Below, one piece after another: positions 30,184 through 39,541 of a DNA stretch of 64,000 nucleotides. The notes under the pieces were generated by a model. It did not search any database and was not told the origin of the DNA. It worked only from the letters and a program-made list of their open reading frames with translations. How positions within the stretch are numbered: position 1 is the stretch's first letter; each line of letters opens with the position of its first letter. Source of the DNA: Patescibacteria group bacterium (GTDB taxonomy: Bacteria; Patescibacteriota; Minisyncoccia; Phycocordibacterales; UBA12088); assembly GCA_015491245.1 (NCBI GenBank), contig WFWH01000002.1, positions 3,823 to 67,822 of the forward strand. Reading direction: 5' to 3'. A program made the translations under genes and the position numbers.

Positions 30184-32454
30184 CTATTTGGCAAATTGTG
30201 CCCCTTCTTCAAACTTTACGGAGAGCACGCGCGACACCCCGTCAGCGGCCATGGTAATACCGTAGAGCACGCCGGCGCGGCTCATGGTTTCGCGGTTATG
30301 GGTAATGACGATAAGCTGGGACTCCTTCGCGAGCTCCTCCAGCATATCGCCATAGCGGCGCGAGTTCGCCTCGTCCAGCGCCGCATCCGTTTCATCCAAA
30401 ATTAAGAACGGAGGCGGGTTCACGCGGCTCATGGCAAAAATAAGCGCTATGGAGGTGAGTGCGCGCTCGCCGCCCGAGAGCATCATAAGCCCCTTTACGC
30501 GCTTGCGCGGCAACGACACGGCAACTTCCACCCCCACCTCAGCAAGCTCACTTTCTTCCTCATCTTCTCCCGGCATGGCTTCCTCTTCCTCCACTCCCGT
30601 ACGCGGCGTGCGCCTTTTTTCCCGTACCACCTTGAGGGACGCTTTGCCGCCGCCGAACATAAGCGTAAAGAACGTATGGAACGCCTCTGATATTTTCTCA
30701 ATGCCCTGCAGGAATTTTTCCTCCAATTCTCTGTCCAAATCTTCTATCAAGGAGCGCAGCGAAGCGGCGGACGCTTCCAGATCCTTTAATTCCCTTTCCA
30801 AAAACGCGTCGCGTTCTTTAACCTCCTCATACTCCCGCATAATCTCGTCGGCATTGGCGCCGCCCAGCTCCTCCAGCCGTATCTTCATGCGCTCCAGCTC
30901 TTTGCGGCGCTTCTCCTGCGCCGTACGCTCTTCGGCAAGCAGCTCTTCCAGAGGCACTGCTTCCCCCGCGGCGTCTTCCAGGGACACCTCGCGGTACCGA
31001 GCAGCGCCCCGCCCCAAAAGCGCCACCGCCTCGGCAAGTTCGCGCTTGAACGCTTCGCGGTCGCGCGCCAGCTGTGCGGCGCGCGCTTCCAGCGAAGAGA
31101 GCGTCAGCTGTACCTCGTTATGCTCCTGCATGAGTGCGAAGAGCTCACGCTCCTGTGTGCGCCCCTCTTCATGCGCGCGTACCATTGCCTCCTGAGCCGC
31201 GCGAGAACGCGCTTCTAGCTGCGCGGCGCGCGCTTTTACCTTCTCGAGCGCCCGCTCCGCCTTTGCGTATTCGTGCTCAAGGCGCCGCAAAGGTTTGTGG
31301 TCGGGTGCTGCGGGGCGCGCCGCGCGGTGCGTGCGGAGAAATTTTTCCAACAGGCCGCGAATATGCGCGGCGATGCGTCGCGCCCGGGAGATGTCTTCTT
31401 CCTGCTCCAGCGCCGCGAGCGACTCGTCCGCCTCGCGCACCAGCGTCTCCACTGCCCCCATCGGCACCGTGGCGTGCGCGGCATCTTGTGCGCGGCGCGC
31501 CTCGTCGGCAATGCGGCGCTTTTCAAACGCAATCTGCCCCTCCAGCGATCCCAGGGTGCGGTTCAAGCGCTCGCGCTCCTCGCGCACTTCACGAAGTTCT
31601 TTTTCCAGCGCGAGCACTTCGGCGCGCGCAGCGTCATCTTCCTCTTGCTTTTCCAACGCGGCACGCAAATGGGCAATGCGGCGGGAGAGCTCCCGTGCGC
31701 GGCGCTCCGGTTCTTCGCGCGCGGCGGCAATCGCCTCCGCCTCCGCCTCTAAATAACGCTCCTCACGCTTGAGGTACTCTGCGTACCGTACCTCCAGTTC
31801 CTCACGCAGGGACAACGCCTTCTTCAGTTTCGCCACTTGGCGCTCCAGAAAGGAAAGGTGCGGCTTATTTTCGCGCCGGAGCGCCTCCACCTGCTGTTTG
31901 TTTTCCTCCGTTTTTGCGAGTTTCTTTTCACTCTCCCGTATCTTGTAGTGAAAAATGCGCAGCCCCAGCGCATCCTCTATCATGGCGCGGCGCTCGCGCG
32001 GCGAGGCCGCCAGCACCCTATCGGCCTCTCCTTGGGAAATAATATGGTGCCCCGACGCGCCGATGTGGGCGCGCGCGAGCAATTCGGTAACGTCCTTGAG
32101 CCGCACGCGCGACCCGTTAATGAAATACTCATTCGTGCCGTCACGATACACGGCGCGCTCCAAAACCACTGCATCAAAATCCAGCGCTAAGGTGCGGTCG
32201 CGGTTGTCAAATTCCACCCGCACCGCCGCGCGGTTTAGGCGGCCGTTTTCTCCGGTATAGATAAGGTCTTCCCCCTTTTTGCCGCGCAGGGATTTGATGG
32301 ATTGCTCCCCCAGTACAAAGCGGAACGCTTCGGCAACGTTGCTCTTGCCGGACCCGTTAGGGCCCACGATGGCGGTAATGGGCGCGGAAAAGTCAAAGTC
32401 GCTTTTTTTAGCAAAAGACTTAAACCCACTGAGCTCAAGGCGTGTGAGGCGCAT
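30184..32454 (-). CDS. smc: SMC-family ATPase, short form (about 757 aa) with no recognisable hinge domain
   Basis: Start MRLTRLELSGFKSFA. Walker A GPNGSGKSN. C-terminal signature LSGGERALTSIALIFAMSRV...FLILDETDAALD. About 500 aa of heptad-rich coiled coil lie between them. It occupies the conserved rnc-smc position. Confidence 0.7.
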   Translation of the reverse strand: MRLTRLELSGFKSFAKKSDFDFSAPITAIVGPNGSGKSNVAEAFRFVLGEQSIKSLRGKKGEDLIYTGENGRLNRAAVRVEFDNRDRTLALDFDAVVLERAVYRDGTNEYFINGSRVRLKDVTELLARAHIGASGHHIISQGEADRVLAASPRERRAMIEDALGLRIFHYKIRESEKKLAKTEENKQQVEALRRENKPHLSFLERQVAKLKKALSLREELEVRYAEYLKREERYLEAEAEAIAAAREEPERRARELSRRIAHLRAALEKQEEDDAARAEVLALEKELREVREERERLNRTLGSLEGQIAFEKRRIADEARRAQDAAHATVPMGAVETLVREADESLAALEQEEDISRARRIAAHIRGLLEKFLRTHRAARPAAPDHKPLRRLEHEYAKAERALEKVKARAAQLEARSRAAQEAMVRAHEEGRTQERELFALMQEHNEVQLTLSSLEARAAQLARDREAFKRELAEAVALLGRGAARYREVSLEDAAGEAVPLEELLAEERTAQEKRRKELERMKIRLEELGGANADEIMREYEEVKERDAFLERELKDLEASAASLRSLIEDLDRELEEKFLQGIEKISEAFHTFFTLMFGGGKASLKVVREKRRTPRTGVEEEEAMPGEDEEESELAEVGVEVAVSLPRKRVKGLMMLSGGERALTSIALIFAMSRVNPPPFLILDETDAALDEANSRRYGDMLEELAKESQLIVITHNRETMSRAGVLYGITMAADGVSRVLSVKFEEGAQFAK

Positions 32455-32534
32455 AACACCCACCAGTATACGCGCAATGCCTGCCGCGGAGAAGCGCTGG
32501 CGTGTGCAGTGTGGCGCCAGCGCGTCACACTGCA

Positions 32535-33230
32535 CTACCACCCCTTCTTCGCCAGTGCGTTAAGTGCAGCGTTCTGCTCCGCCTCCTGCTTTGACTTGCC
32601 GCGCCCCTCGGCAACCTTTTCATTTCCCGTATACACGCCCACGGTGAAGAGCTTGTCGTGGTCGGGGCCCTCTTCGTGCAGGATGCGGTACGTAGGCGTT
32701 ACCGAAAGCCGCTCCTGCGCCGCCTCTTGGAAGCGGCTCTTGGGGTCCTGCCACAGGCGGCGGCGCACGATCTCGTCAGTGAGAGGAAAAATGTGCTGCG
32801 CGATAAAATCACGCGCGGCGGCATACCCTTGATCCAGGTACAGCGCACCGATGATTGCCTCAAACGCATTAGCGAGAATGTACTGCCGTGCGCGCCCCGT
32901 GTCTTTCGCTTCACCGCGCGAGAGGCGCAGGTACTCATTCACGCCCAAGCGCCGCGCGGTGTCGGCGAGGGTATGGGTATTTACGAGCGCCGCACGGTAC
33001 GCGGTCAATTCCCCCTCAGGCTTGTCGGGGAAGGTGTGGAAGAGGTAATCGGTCACCACGAGCTCCAATACGGCGTCTCCCAAAAACTCAAGCCGTTCAT
33101 TGTGCGCTAATGTGCTGCCACGGTGTTCATTAAGGTACGAGCGATGCACCAGCGCCTGCTCCAAGAGGCGCAGATCATTGCAGCGGAGTGCCAATTGCTC
33201 CGCCAGTTCGGCAATAGGTTTCGGCTCCAT
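32535..33230 (-). CDS. rnc: ribonuclease III
   Basis: RNase III signature HRSYLNEHRGSTLAHNERLEFLGDAVLELVVTDYLF, plus a C-terminal dsRBD. Confidence 0.9.
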   Translation of the reverse strand: MEPKPIAELAEQLALRCNDLRLLEQALVHRSYLNEHRGSTLAHNERLEFLGDAVLELVVTDYLFHTFPDKPEGELTAYRAALVNTHTLADTARRLGVNEYLRLSRGEAKDTGRARQYILANAFEAIIGALYLDQGYAAARDFIAQHIFPLTDEIVRRRLWQDPKSRFQEAAQERLSVTPTYRILHEEGPDHDKLFTVGVYTGNEKVAEGRGKSKQEAEQNAALNALAKKGW

Positions 33231-33380
33231 GGGGATAGTGTGGCCCCGCCATTCGAGATAAAACGCACCAACCTCTCTCTCGGGAGGCGAAGTTTGAGCG
33301 CTTTATCTTGAATGTGCAAAAGGGCGCGTAATGCGAATAAAAGCTGCCACCACCACCACTGGGTGGCGCGCGGCATCAGG

Positions 33381-34325
33381 TCATTTGCGTGTAGGCGCGC
33401 GCGTAACCAATATATTGATCGCCTTGGTCACTATGGGGAGAATATCGTGGTAGAAATTTAAGTCAAGGATATCAGTGATTTTGAACCAGCGCGCATCATC
33501 CAATCCTCCTTTCTCCTCCAAGGTGAGGTCCACAAAATCCGCTTCCGCGAGGTAGTACGTCACGTGCTTGCGAATCTTGCCTTTCTCCGGATTCGCGGCG
33601 ACGTACTCATTTTCGCCCAAAATTTCCTGCGGGCGCACTGTAACGCCGATTTCATCGCGGATTTCCCTTATCACCCCCTTTTCAATGCTCTCCCCCTCTT
33701 TGATGCCCCCTTTGGGCAGGGTCCAGTGCCCGAACACATCATGCACGAGTGCAATGTATATCTCATCACCGTCCCGGGCATACACCACTGCGCCCCCCTT
33801 GTGCTCTACCGGCATCTTTTCATAAGGCACGGCTTGTTTGGGTTTTGCGGGGGCGCGGCGCGCCTTATTTCTTTTTCCGGTCTCGTGTTTTCCCGGCTCC
33901 CCCAACTCTTTGTACACGGCACCCAACACACCGTTAACGAAGCGCCCGCTCGTTTCGCCGCCGAAATTTTTCGCAAGCTCTATCGCTTCGTTAATGGCGA
34001 CTTTGGCCGGTACCTCTTTGCGGTCGGCAAACAAGAGCTCGTAGAGGCCGATGCGGAGAATGTTGCGGTCTATACGCGCAATCTTGTGAATCGGCCACTC
34101 GGGCGCGGCTTTTTCAATGACGAGATCTAGCTCTTTCTGCTTTTCCAACACCCCGCGCAAGAGGCGCTCCATGAAAGGGATATCCTTGGAGCCGGGGGCG
34201 AATTCCTCTATGTTGCGTCGCAACATTTCCACGGCGGGAACGTCCTTCTTCCCCTCTTCTAGCAGCGCATCGCGCTCAAAGAGGGTTTGAAGAACAATGG
34301 AACGTGAAAGGTGCCGGTTCGCCAT
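33381..34325 (-). CDS. nusB: NusB (transcription antitermination) fused to C-terminal NUDIX hydrolase domain
   Basis: The N-terminal 140 aa match NusB ([33 protein letters not shown]). A basic linker follows. The C-terminal 150 aa contain the Nudix box [23 protein letters not shown]. Confidence 0.7.
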   Translation of the reverse strand: [314 protein letters not shown]

Positions 34326-34347
34326 GACCTACCTGCGGTTCCCTGCC

Positions 34348-34353
34348 AGTATA
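34348..34353 (-). promoter_or_regulatory. -10 TATACTG for the nusB-nudix gene (22 nt before its ATG)
   Basis: Minus strand gtgccaaggtggccttttttagGTATACTGgcagggaaccgcaggtaggtcATG. Confidence 0.35.
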
Positions 34354-34514
34354 CCTAAAAAAGGCCACCTTGGCACTCGAGGCACCAGGGGATGTGGAAA
34401 GCGCATTCCGCGCAAAAGCCATGCAATACATTTCCGCTGCACATAGCTATGTAAAAGGGCGCAGCGAACCCACGGGCATGCGCGGCGACCCGCGCATTGG
34501 AGCTGTGGAGCGCG

Positions 34515-34763
34515 TTAGGAGGACGGCTTTTCTTCTCCCGCAGCTTCCGTTTCTGCGCTTTCCTTCGCCTTGGAGGAAGGCGCGGAAGTTGCCGCTTCGG
34601 GTATTACGGCATTCCCCCGGTACGTGCCGGTTGCGGGATCCATAAAGTGCCGCAGGTGCGGATGGCCCGTCTTTTTATCAAACGCCACCGCAGGTTTCTT
34701 TACCCGGTGGTGCGCGCGGCGGCTGTGCGTTTTGGCGCGCGTCATGCGCATGCGTACCGACAT
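34515..34763 (-). CDS. rpmF: 50S ribosomal protein L32 with C-terminal extension
   Basis: MSVRMRMTRAKTHSRRAHHRVKKPAVAFDKKTGHPHLRHFMDPATGTYRGNAVI matches the L32 pattern (RRSH...D..TGE.HL.HH....G.YRG). Confidence 0.65.
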   Translation of the reverse strand: MSVRMRMTRAKTHSRRAHHRVKKPAVAFDKKTGHPHLRHFMDPATGTYRGNAVIPEAATSAPSSKAKESAETEAAGEEKPSS

Positions 34764-34772
34764 AGTGAGCGC

Positions 34773-34801
34773 ACTATACGGGAAAATCGCCAAAAAGGCA
34801 A
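34773..34801 (-). promoter_or_regulatory. promoter TTGCCT-17-TATAGT for rpmF; the -10 ends 9 nt before the ATG (leaderless or near-leaderless mRNA)
   Basis: Minus strand cTTGCCTttttggcgattttcccgTATAGTgcgctcactATG. Confidence 0.5.
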
Positions 34802-34860
34802 GCGTGATTCGTGTGTGCGGCGAATATTCCAGAGCGCACGGCTTCACCTCCCACGTGGCA

Positions 34861-35472
34861 TTAACTGTGCCGTAAAAAGCTTCTCCGGTGCGCGGGCGTA
34901 GGACCATAGCGGCGCAGAGCGGCGTAGTGCGCGCGCGTGCCGTACCCCTTGTGCGCCGCAAACCCGTAGGCGGGATAGCGGCGGGCCAAGCGCCGCAGGC
35001 GCGCATCACGTGTTTCTTTAGCGGCCACGGACGCGAGCGCAATGGGATAGGCGCGCGCATCTCCCCCCACCAACGTGCATTGGTGCGGATACGCGCGCGG
35101 CGCGGCAAGCCCGCCGTCCAAGAGCACCAGGCACTCTTCGGGCGGAAGCGCAAGGCGCGCGAGCGCGCGCGCGAGCGCCTCACGGATGGCTGCCGCAATC
35201 CCTATCGCATCAATGCGCGCGGGACCCGCCAGGGAAACCGCCCAGTGCATTGCACCTTGCGCCGCAGATGCCTTGAGCTCAGCAAAAACTGCCGCGCGGC
35301 GCGCGGGTGTGAGGCGCTTGCTGTCACGGAACGCAGAGGGGAGCGGCGCGTCGCGCGGCAGCGCCACCGCTCCCACCGCAACGGGTCCTGCCAGTGGCCC
35401 GCGCCCTGCCTCATCTACCCCCACCACATAGCGCACCTGCGTGGGTAGGGGTACTCCTGCGATCGCCCGCAT
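34861..35472 (-). CDS. rnhB: ribonuclease HII
   Basis: VVGVDEAGRGPLAGPVAVGAVAL...DSKRLTPARR...LLDG. Confidence 0.85.
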   Translation of the reverse strand: MRAIAGVPLPTQVRYVVGVDEAGRGPLAGPVAVGAVALPRDAPLPSAFRDSKRLTPARRAAVFAELKASAAQGAMHWAVSLAGPARIDAIGIAAAIREALARALARLALPPEECLVLLDGGLAAPRAYPHQCTLVGGDARAYPIALASVAAKETRDARLRRLARRYPAYGFAAHKGYGTRAHYAALRRYGPTPAHRRSFLRHS

Positions 35473-35525
35473 ACGATGGGTATTTTGCTATACTAACACC
35501 ACACGAGCTACCCCCAATTAATCCC

Positions 35526-38500
35526 ATGCGCGCACCATTCGTCCATTTGCACACCCACAGCCACTACTCACTGCTCTCGGCGCTGCCAACTGTGCCCGAG
35601 TTGGTAGCAGCCGCCAAAGAGCGCGACATGGACGCGCTCGCGCTTACTGACGCCGGCAATCTCTATGGCGCCATTGAATTTTACAAAGCATGCAATGCCG
35701 CGGGCATCAAACCCATTATCGGGGTGGACTTTTACGTTGCGCCGCGCACGCGGCACGACCGCACGCACCGCGTGGACAACCGCTGGCACCGCCTGGTGCT
35801 GCTCGCGGAAAACGAAGCAGGTTACAAAAACCTCATCAAACTCGTTACCGAATCATACCTCACCGGCTTCTACTACAAGCCGCGGATAGATGCAGAGCTC
35901 ATGGAGCGCCACGCGGAGGGCCTCATCGCGCTCCTTCCCTCTTTCTCTTCCGAGGCATCCCATGCGCTCAAGAACGGCCGGCAAGACGAGGTGCGCGCCA
36001 TCCTCACGCGCTACCGCGCGTGGTATGGCGCGGAAAACGTGTATCTGGAGCTCACGCACCACCCGGAAATACCCGGCCACCAAGCGCTGATGGCAGCGGT
36101 GCGCGAAGCGGCGGCAGCGAGCGGCGTGCCGCTCGCCGCTGCGCACGACGTGTACTACCTCCGGCCGGAGGATCGCCGCGCGCGCGAAACCATGATGCGC
36201 ATCCAGGGGTCATTCGGCAACCGCAGCGGCTTTGAAGACGACGAAGAGGATTTTTCTTTTATTGATGCAGAGACGGCGGAGGAGTACTTCCGCGAGGTGC
36301 CCGAAGCGCTGCACGGAACCCGCACCATCGCGGACCGCTGCCAGCTCTCTATCCCCATGCAGTGGACCTTCCCCCACTACCCCATTGCATCCGGAAGAGA
36401 ACCCGATGAAGAATTGCGCCACCTCGCGTACGAGGGCGCAGCGTGGCGCGGCCTCTCCCTTGAGGATTCCGCGGTGCGGGAGCGCTTGGACTACGAACTC
36501 AAGGTTATCAAAGCAAAAGGGTACGCCATTTACTTTCTCGTAGTGGGCGACCTACTGCGCGAGGCGCGCACCCGCGGCATTTTAACCACCATACGCGGCT
36601 CGGTTGCTGGCTCGCTTACCACCTACGTGCTGGGCATTACCAACGTCAATCCACTGGAGTACCACCTTCCTTTTGAGCGGTTTCTCAATCCTGAGCGCCC
36701 CTCGGCGCCTGACATAGACATGGACTTCGCAGATGACCGCCGCGACGAAATCATTGCGTACGCCAAAGAAAAGTACGGCCATGATCATGTGGCGCAAATC
36801 GGTACCTTCGGCACCATGATGGCGCGTGCGGTGGTGCGCGATGTGGCGCGCGCGCTCAACCACCCGTACGCGGTCGGCGACCGCATTGCGCGCCTCATTC
36901 CCATGGGATCCCAGGGATTCCCCATGACCATTGACCGCGCCCTGGAAATGAACGAAGAGCTCGCCGCACTCGCCAAGAGCGATCCTGCGGTGAAAGAGAT
37001 ACTGGATCTCGGGCGCCAAATTGAGGGGCGGGCGCGGCACATCGGGGTGCACGCCGCGGGCGTGGTCATCGCCCCGCAGCCGCTCACCGAATACGTGCCG
37101 CTCCAGTATGATCCCAAGACCATGGAAAAGGGCGAGGGGAAGCTCATCACGCAGTACGACATGCGCTCCGTGGGCGAGGATGGTATCGGCTTGCTCAAGT
37201 TTGACTTCCTCGGCCTCAAGAACCTCTCCATACTCTCCGACGCCGTCGCGCGCGTGCGCGCGCGCACCGGCAAAGAAATAGACATTGAGCGCATTCCCCT
37301 TGACGATAAAAAAACGTTTACCCTGCTCGCCAAGGGAGAGACGATGGGGCTATTCCAGCTCAGCGGCGCGGCGATGACCAAGTACCTCAAGGAGCTCAAA
37401 CCCAGCACTATTTTTGACATCAACGCCATGGTGGCGCTCTACCGCCCCGGCCCCATGGAATCTATTCCCACCTATATCGAGCGTAAACATAACCCCCATC
37501 GCATTACCTACCTGGACCCGCGCCTGAAACCCATTTTGGAGCGCTCATACGGCGTAATCACCTACCAAGACGACGTCATGATGATCGCCATCAAGCTCGC
37601 GGGATACTCGTGGCTGGAGGCGGACAAACTGCGCAAGGCGATGGGTAAGAAAATTCCCGAAGTGATGGCGGCGGAGAAAGAGAAGCTAATCGCCGGTTTT
37701 GTGGCGCACGGCATGACGCAAGAAAACGCAGAGGAGCTCTGGCGCCTCATTGAGCCCTTTGCCGCATACGGCTTTAACAAGGCGCACGCCGCAAGCTACG
37801 GGCGCGTCGCCTACCAAACCGCCTACATGAAGGCCAACTACCCCGTGGAATACATGGCAGCTATCCTCACCGCCGATGCGGGAGACGTGGATAAAATCGC
37901 CGCAGCGGTCCACGAGTGCGCACGCCTCGGCATACCCGTGCTCCCCCCCGACGTCAACGAGAGCATGGGGCGCTTTACCGTAGTAGAGGGAGCAGACGGC
38001 GCGCCGGCGATACGGTTCGGGCTCTACTCCATAAAAAATTTCGGCGAAGGCATTGCCGATGCCATTATCGCCGAGCGTGAGCGGGGGGGGAAATTTGCCT
38101 CGCTCGCCGATTTTTTGGCGCGCATCCATGACCGCAACCTCAACAAAAAAACGCTGGAGGCGCTGGTAAAGGCAGGCGCACTGGACTCACTGGAGAACCG
38201 TATGCAGATGGCGCAGCACTTGGACCTTTTGCTGCACTACGCGCGGGAATGCCGCCAGAAGCCCGCGGCGCAGGGGACGCTGTTTGGCGCACTGGAGGGG
38301 GCCGCACCCCTTACCCTGCCGCCCGCGGATAACGCGGACCCTTGGGAGCAACTTGCGTGGGAACGCGAACTATTGGGCCTCTACCTCTCCGGGCATCCGC
38401 TAGACCGGTGGGAGGCGGTGCTTAAGCGGCACGACTTTTCCCTCGCCCATGCCCGCAATGCACCACCCGGCACGCTGGTGGTGGTATACGCCATTGTGGA

Positions 38501-38744
38501 CCAACACAAAGTCATCATGACAAAAAAGGGGGAGCCCATGGCATTCCTCACCCTCGCGGACAAGCACGCCTCCATGGAAGCGGTGTGCTTTTCCGACCTC
38601 TACAAGGAAATACGCGCGCAACTCAACACCCACGCTTGCCTGGGCGTCAAGGGCCGCGTTACCGAACGCAACGGCGAAAAGAGCATCGTGGTGGAGAAGG
38701 TAAAATTTCTCACGGGCGCCGCACCCTTACGCACTGCCACATAG
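35526..38744 (+). CDS. dnaE: DNA polymerase III alpha subunit
   Basis: MRAPFVHLHTHSHYSLLSALPTVPELVAAAKERDMDALALTDAGNLYGAIEFYK (PHP domain), then the polymerase core and an OB fold. 1072 aa. An extended -10 TGcTATACT lies at 35486-35494. Confidence 0.9.
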   Translation: MRAPFVHLHTHSHYSLLSALPTVPELVAAAKERDMDALALTDAGNLYGAIEFYKACNAAGIKPIIGVDFYVAPRTRHDRTHRVDNRWHRLVLLAENEAGYKNLIKLVTESYLTGFYYKPRIDAELMERHAEGLIALLPSFSSEASHALKNGRQDEVRAILTRYRAWYGAENVYLELTHHPEIPGHQALMAAVREAAAASGVPLAAAHDVYYLRPEDRRARETMMRIQGSFGNRSGFEDDEEDFSFIDAETAEEYFREVPEALHGTRTIADRCQLSIPMQWTFPHYPIASGREPDEELRHLAYEGAAWRGLSLEDSAVRERLDYELKVIKAKGYAIYFLVVGDLLREARTRGILTTIRGSVAGSLTTYVLGITNVNPLEYHLPFERFLNPERPSAPDIDMDFADDRRDEIIAYAKEKYGHDHVAQIGTFGTMMARAVVRDVARALNHPYAVGDRIARLIPMGSQGFPMTIDRALEMNEELAALAKSDPAVKEILDLGRQIEGRARHIGVHAAGVVIAPQPLTEYVPLQYDPKTMEKGEGKLITQYDMRSVGEDGIGLLKFDFLGLKNLSILSDAVARVRARTGKEIDIERIPLDDKKTFTLLAKGETMGLFQLSGAAMTKYLKELKPSTIFDINAMVALYRPGPMESIPTYIERKHNPHRITYLDPRLKPILERSYGVITYQDDVMMIAIKLAGYSWLEADKLRKAMGKKIPEVMAAEKEKLIAGFVAHGMTQENAEELWRLIEPFAAYGFNKAHAASYGRVAYQTAYMKANYPVEYMAAILTADAGDVDKIAAAVHECARLGIPVLPPDVNESMGRFTVVEGADGAPAIRFGLYSIKNFGEGIADAIIAERERGGKFASLADFLARIHDRNLNKKTLEALVKAGALDSLENRMQMAQHLDLLLHYARECRQKPAAQGTLFGALEGAAPLTLPPADNADPWEQLAWERELLGLYLSGHPLDRWEAVLKRHDFSLAHARNAPPGTLVVVYAIVDQHKVIMTKKGEPMAFLTLADKHASMEAVCFSDLYKEIRAQLNTHACLGVKGRVTERNGEKSIVVEKVKFLTGAAPLRTAT

Positions 38745-38770
38745 GCGCATGCCACGTACCATTACGCGCA

Positions 38771-39382
38771 CTAGCGCGGTACCACCGTTATGGTGCGTGT
38801 GGCGCTGCCGTAGGGAGGATAATCCAACCGAATCGTGTAGCGCCCGGGCTTGAGCGGGTACGCCTCCGTCGTGTGGCGCATGCGCAGCATGCGCGCCTTA
38901 CCGGGTGCAAGGTAATAGGTAATCTCTTCCCCTGTATTGCAGGCGGGACGCTCGGCGCTGTTGTAGAGCTCGGTTCCATCTTGGGAGAGAATAGCGTATG
39001 AAAGTACACACTTCCTCCTCCCTTTCATGGCAAGCGTTTCGGTGCTGGTATTTTTCACCGTCAACAACAGCCCCTCTATGGGATCCCCCTCCCGATAGGT
39101 GCGGTCGGCAAATTCAATAAGCTGGGAAGCGCGCAGCTCCACCGCATCGGGATTATCCACCGCATCGGGATTGAGCACGGAAATAACCTCCACCGCCTCT
39201 CGTGCGCGCTGCTCCTGTGTCGCAGGAATAATGCCGCGCTGCAGCAAAAGGTCAACGAGTGCCCGAAGTGAGATCGCCTCCACGCGCTGCGCGTACACCA
39301 CGCCACCTGCGAGGAGCGCGAGCGCAAGGGCCCCCCCTGCGAGCCATAGGTTTCTCTTCCTTGCCTCCATGGGAATCATTGT
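38771..39382 (-). CDS. exported or membrane-anchored hypothetical protein
   Basis: MIPMEARKRNLWLAGGALALALLAGGVVYAQ, then a beta-rich region. Start uncertain (39433, 39382 or 39373). Confidence 0.4.
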   Translation of the reverse strand, partial: TMIPMEARKRNLWLAGGALALALLAGGVVYAQRVEAISLRALVDLLLQRGIIPATQEQRAREAVEVISVLNPDAVDNPDAVELRASQLIEFADRTYREGDPIEGLLLTVKNTSTETLAMKGRRKCVLSYAILSQDGTELYNSAERPACNTGEEITYYLAPGKARMLRMRHTTEAYPLKPGRYTIRLDYPPYGSATRTITVVPR

Positions 39383-39439
39383 GCGCGCGCGGCGCGCATT
39401 TTGCAAGTGGGCAATGCGCCGCGGGCGAGGCACCCTTCT

Positions 39440-39467
39440 TTGACAGCGCGGGCGGGGGCGTTATACT
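39440..39467 (+). promoter_or_regulatory. promoter TTGACA-16-TATACT for thrS (about 65-nt leader)
   Basis: ctTTGACAgcgcgggcgggggcgtTATACTtgagcc. Confidence 0.5.
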
Positions 39468-39541
39468 TGAGCCGTATACGGTGCCGCGGCGACATAGTGC
39501 ATTCTTGGCGCCTCCGCGCTTTCGCGCACCACATCGCAACC

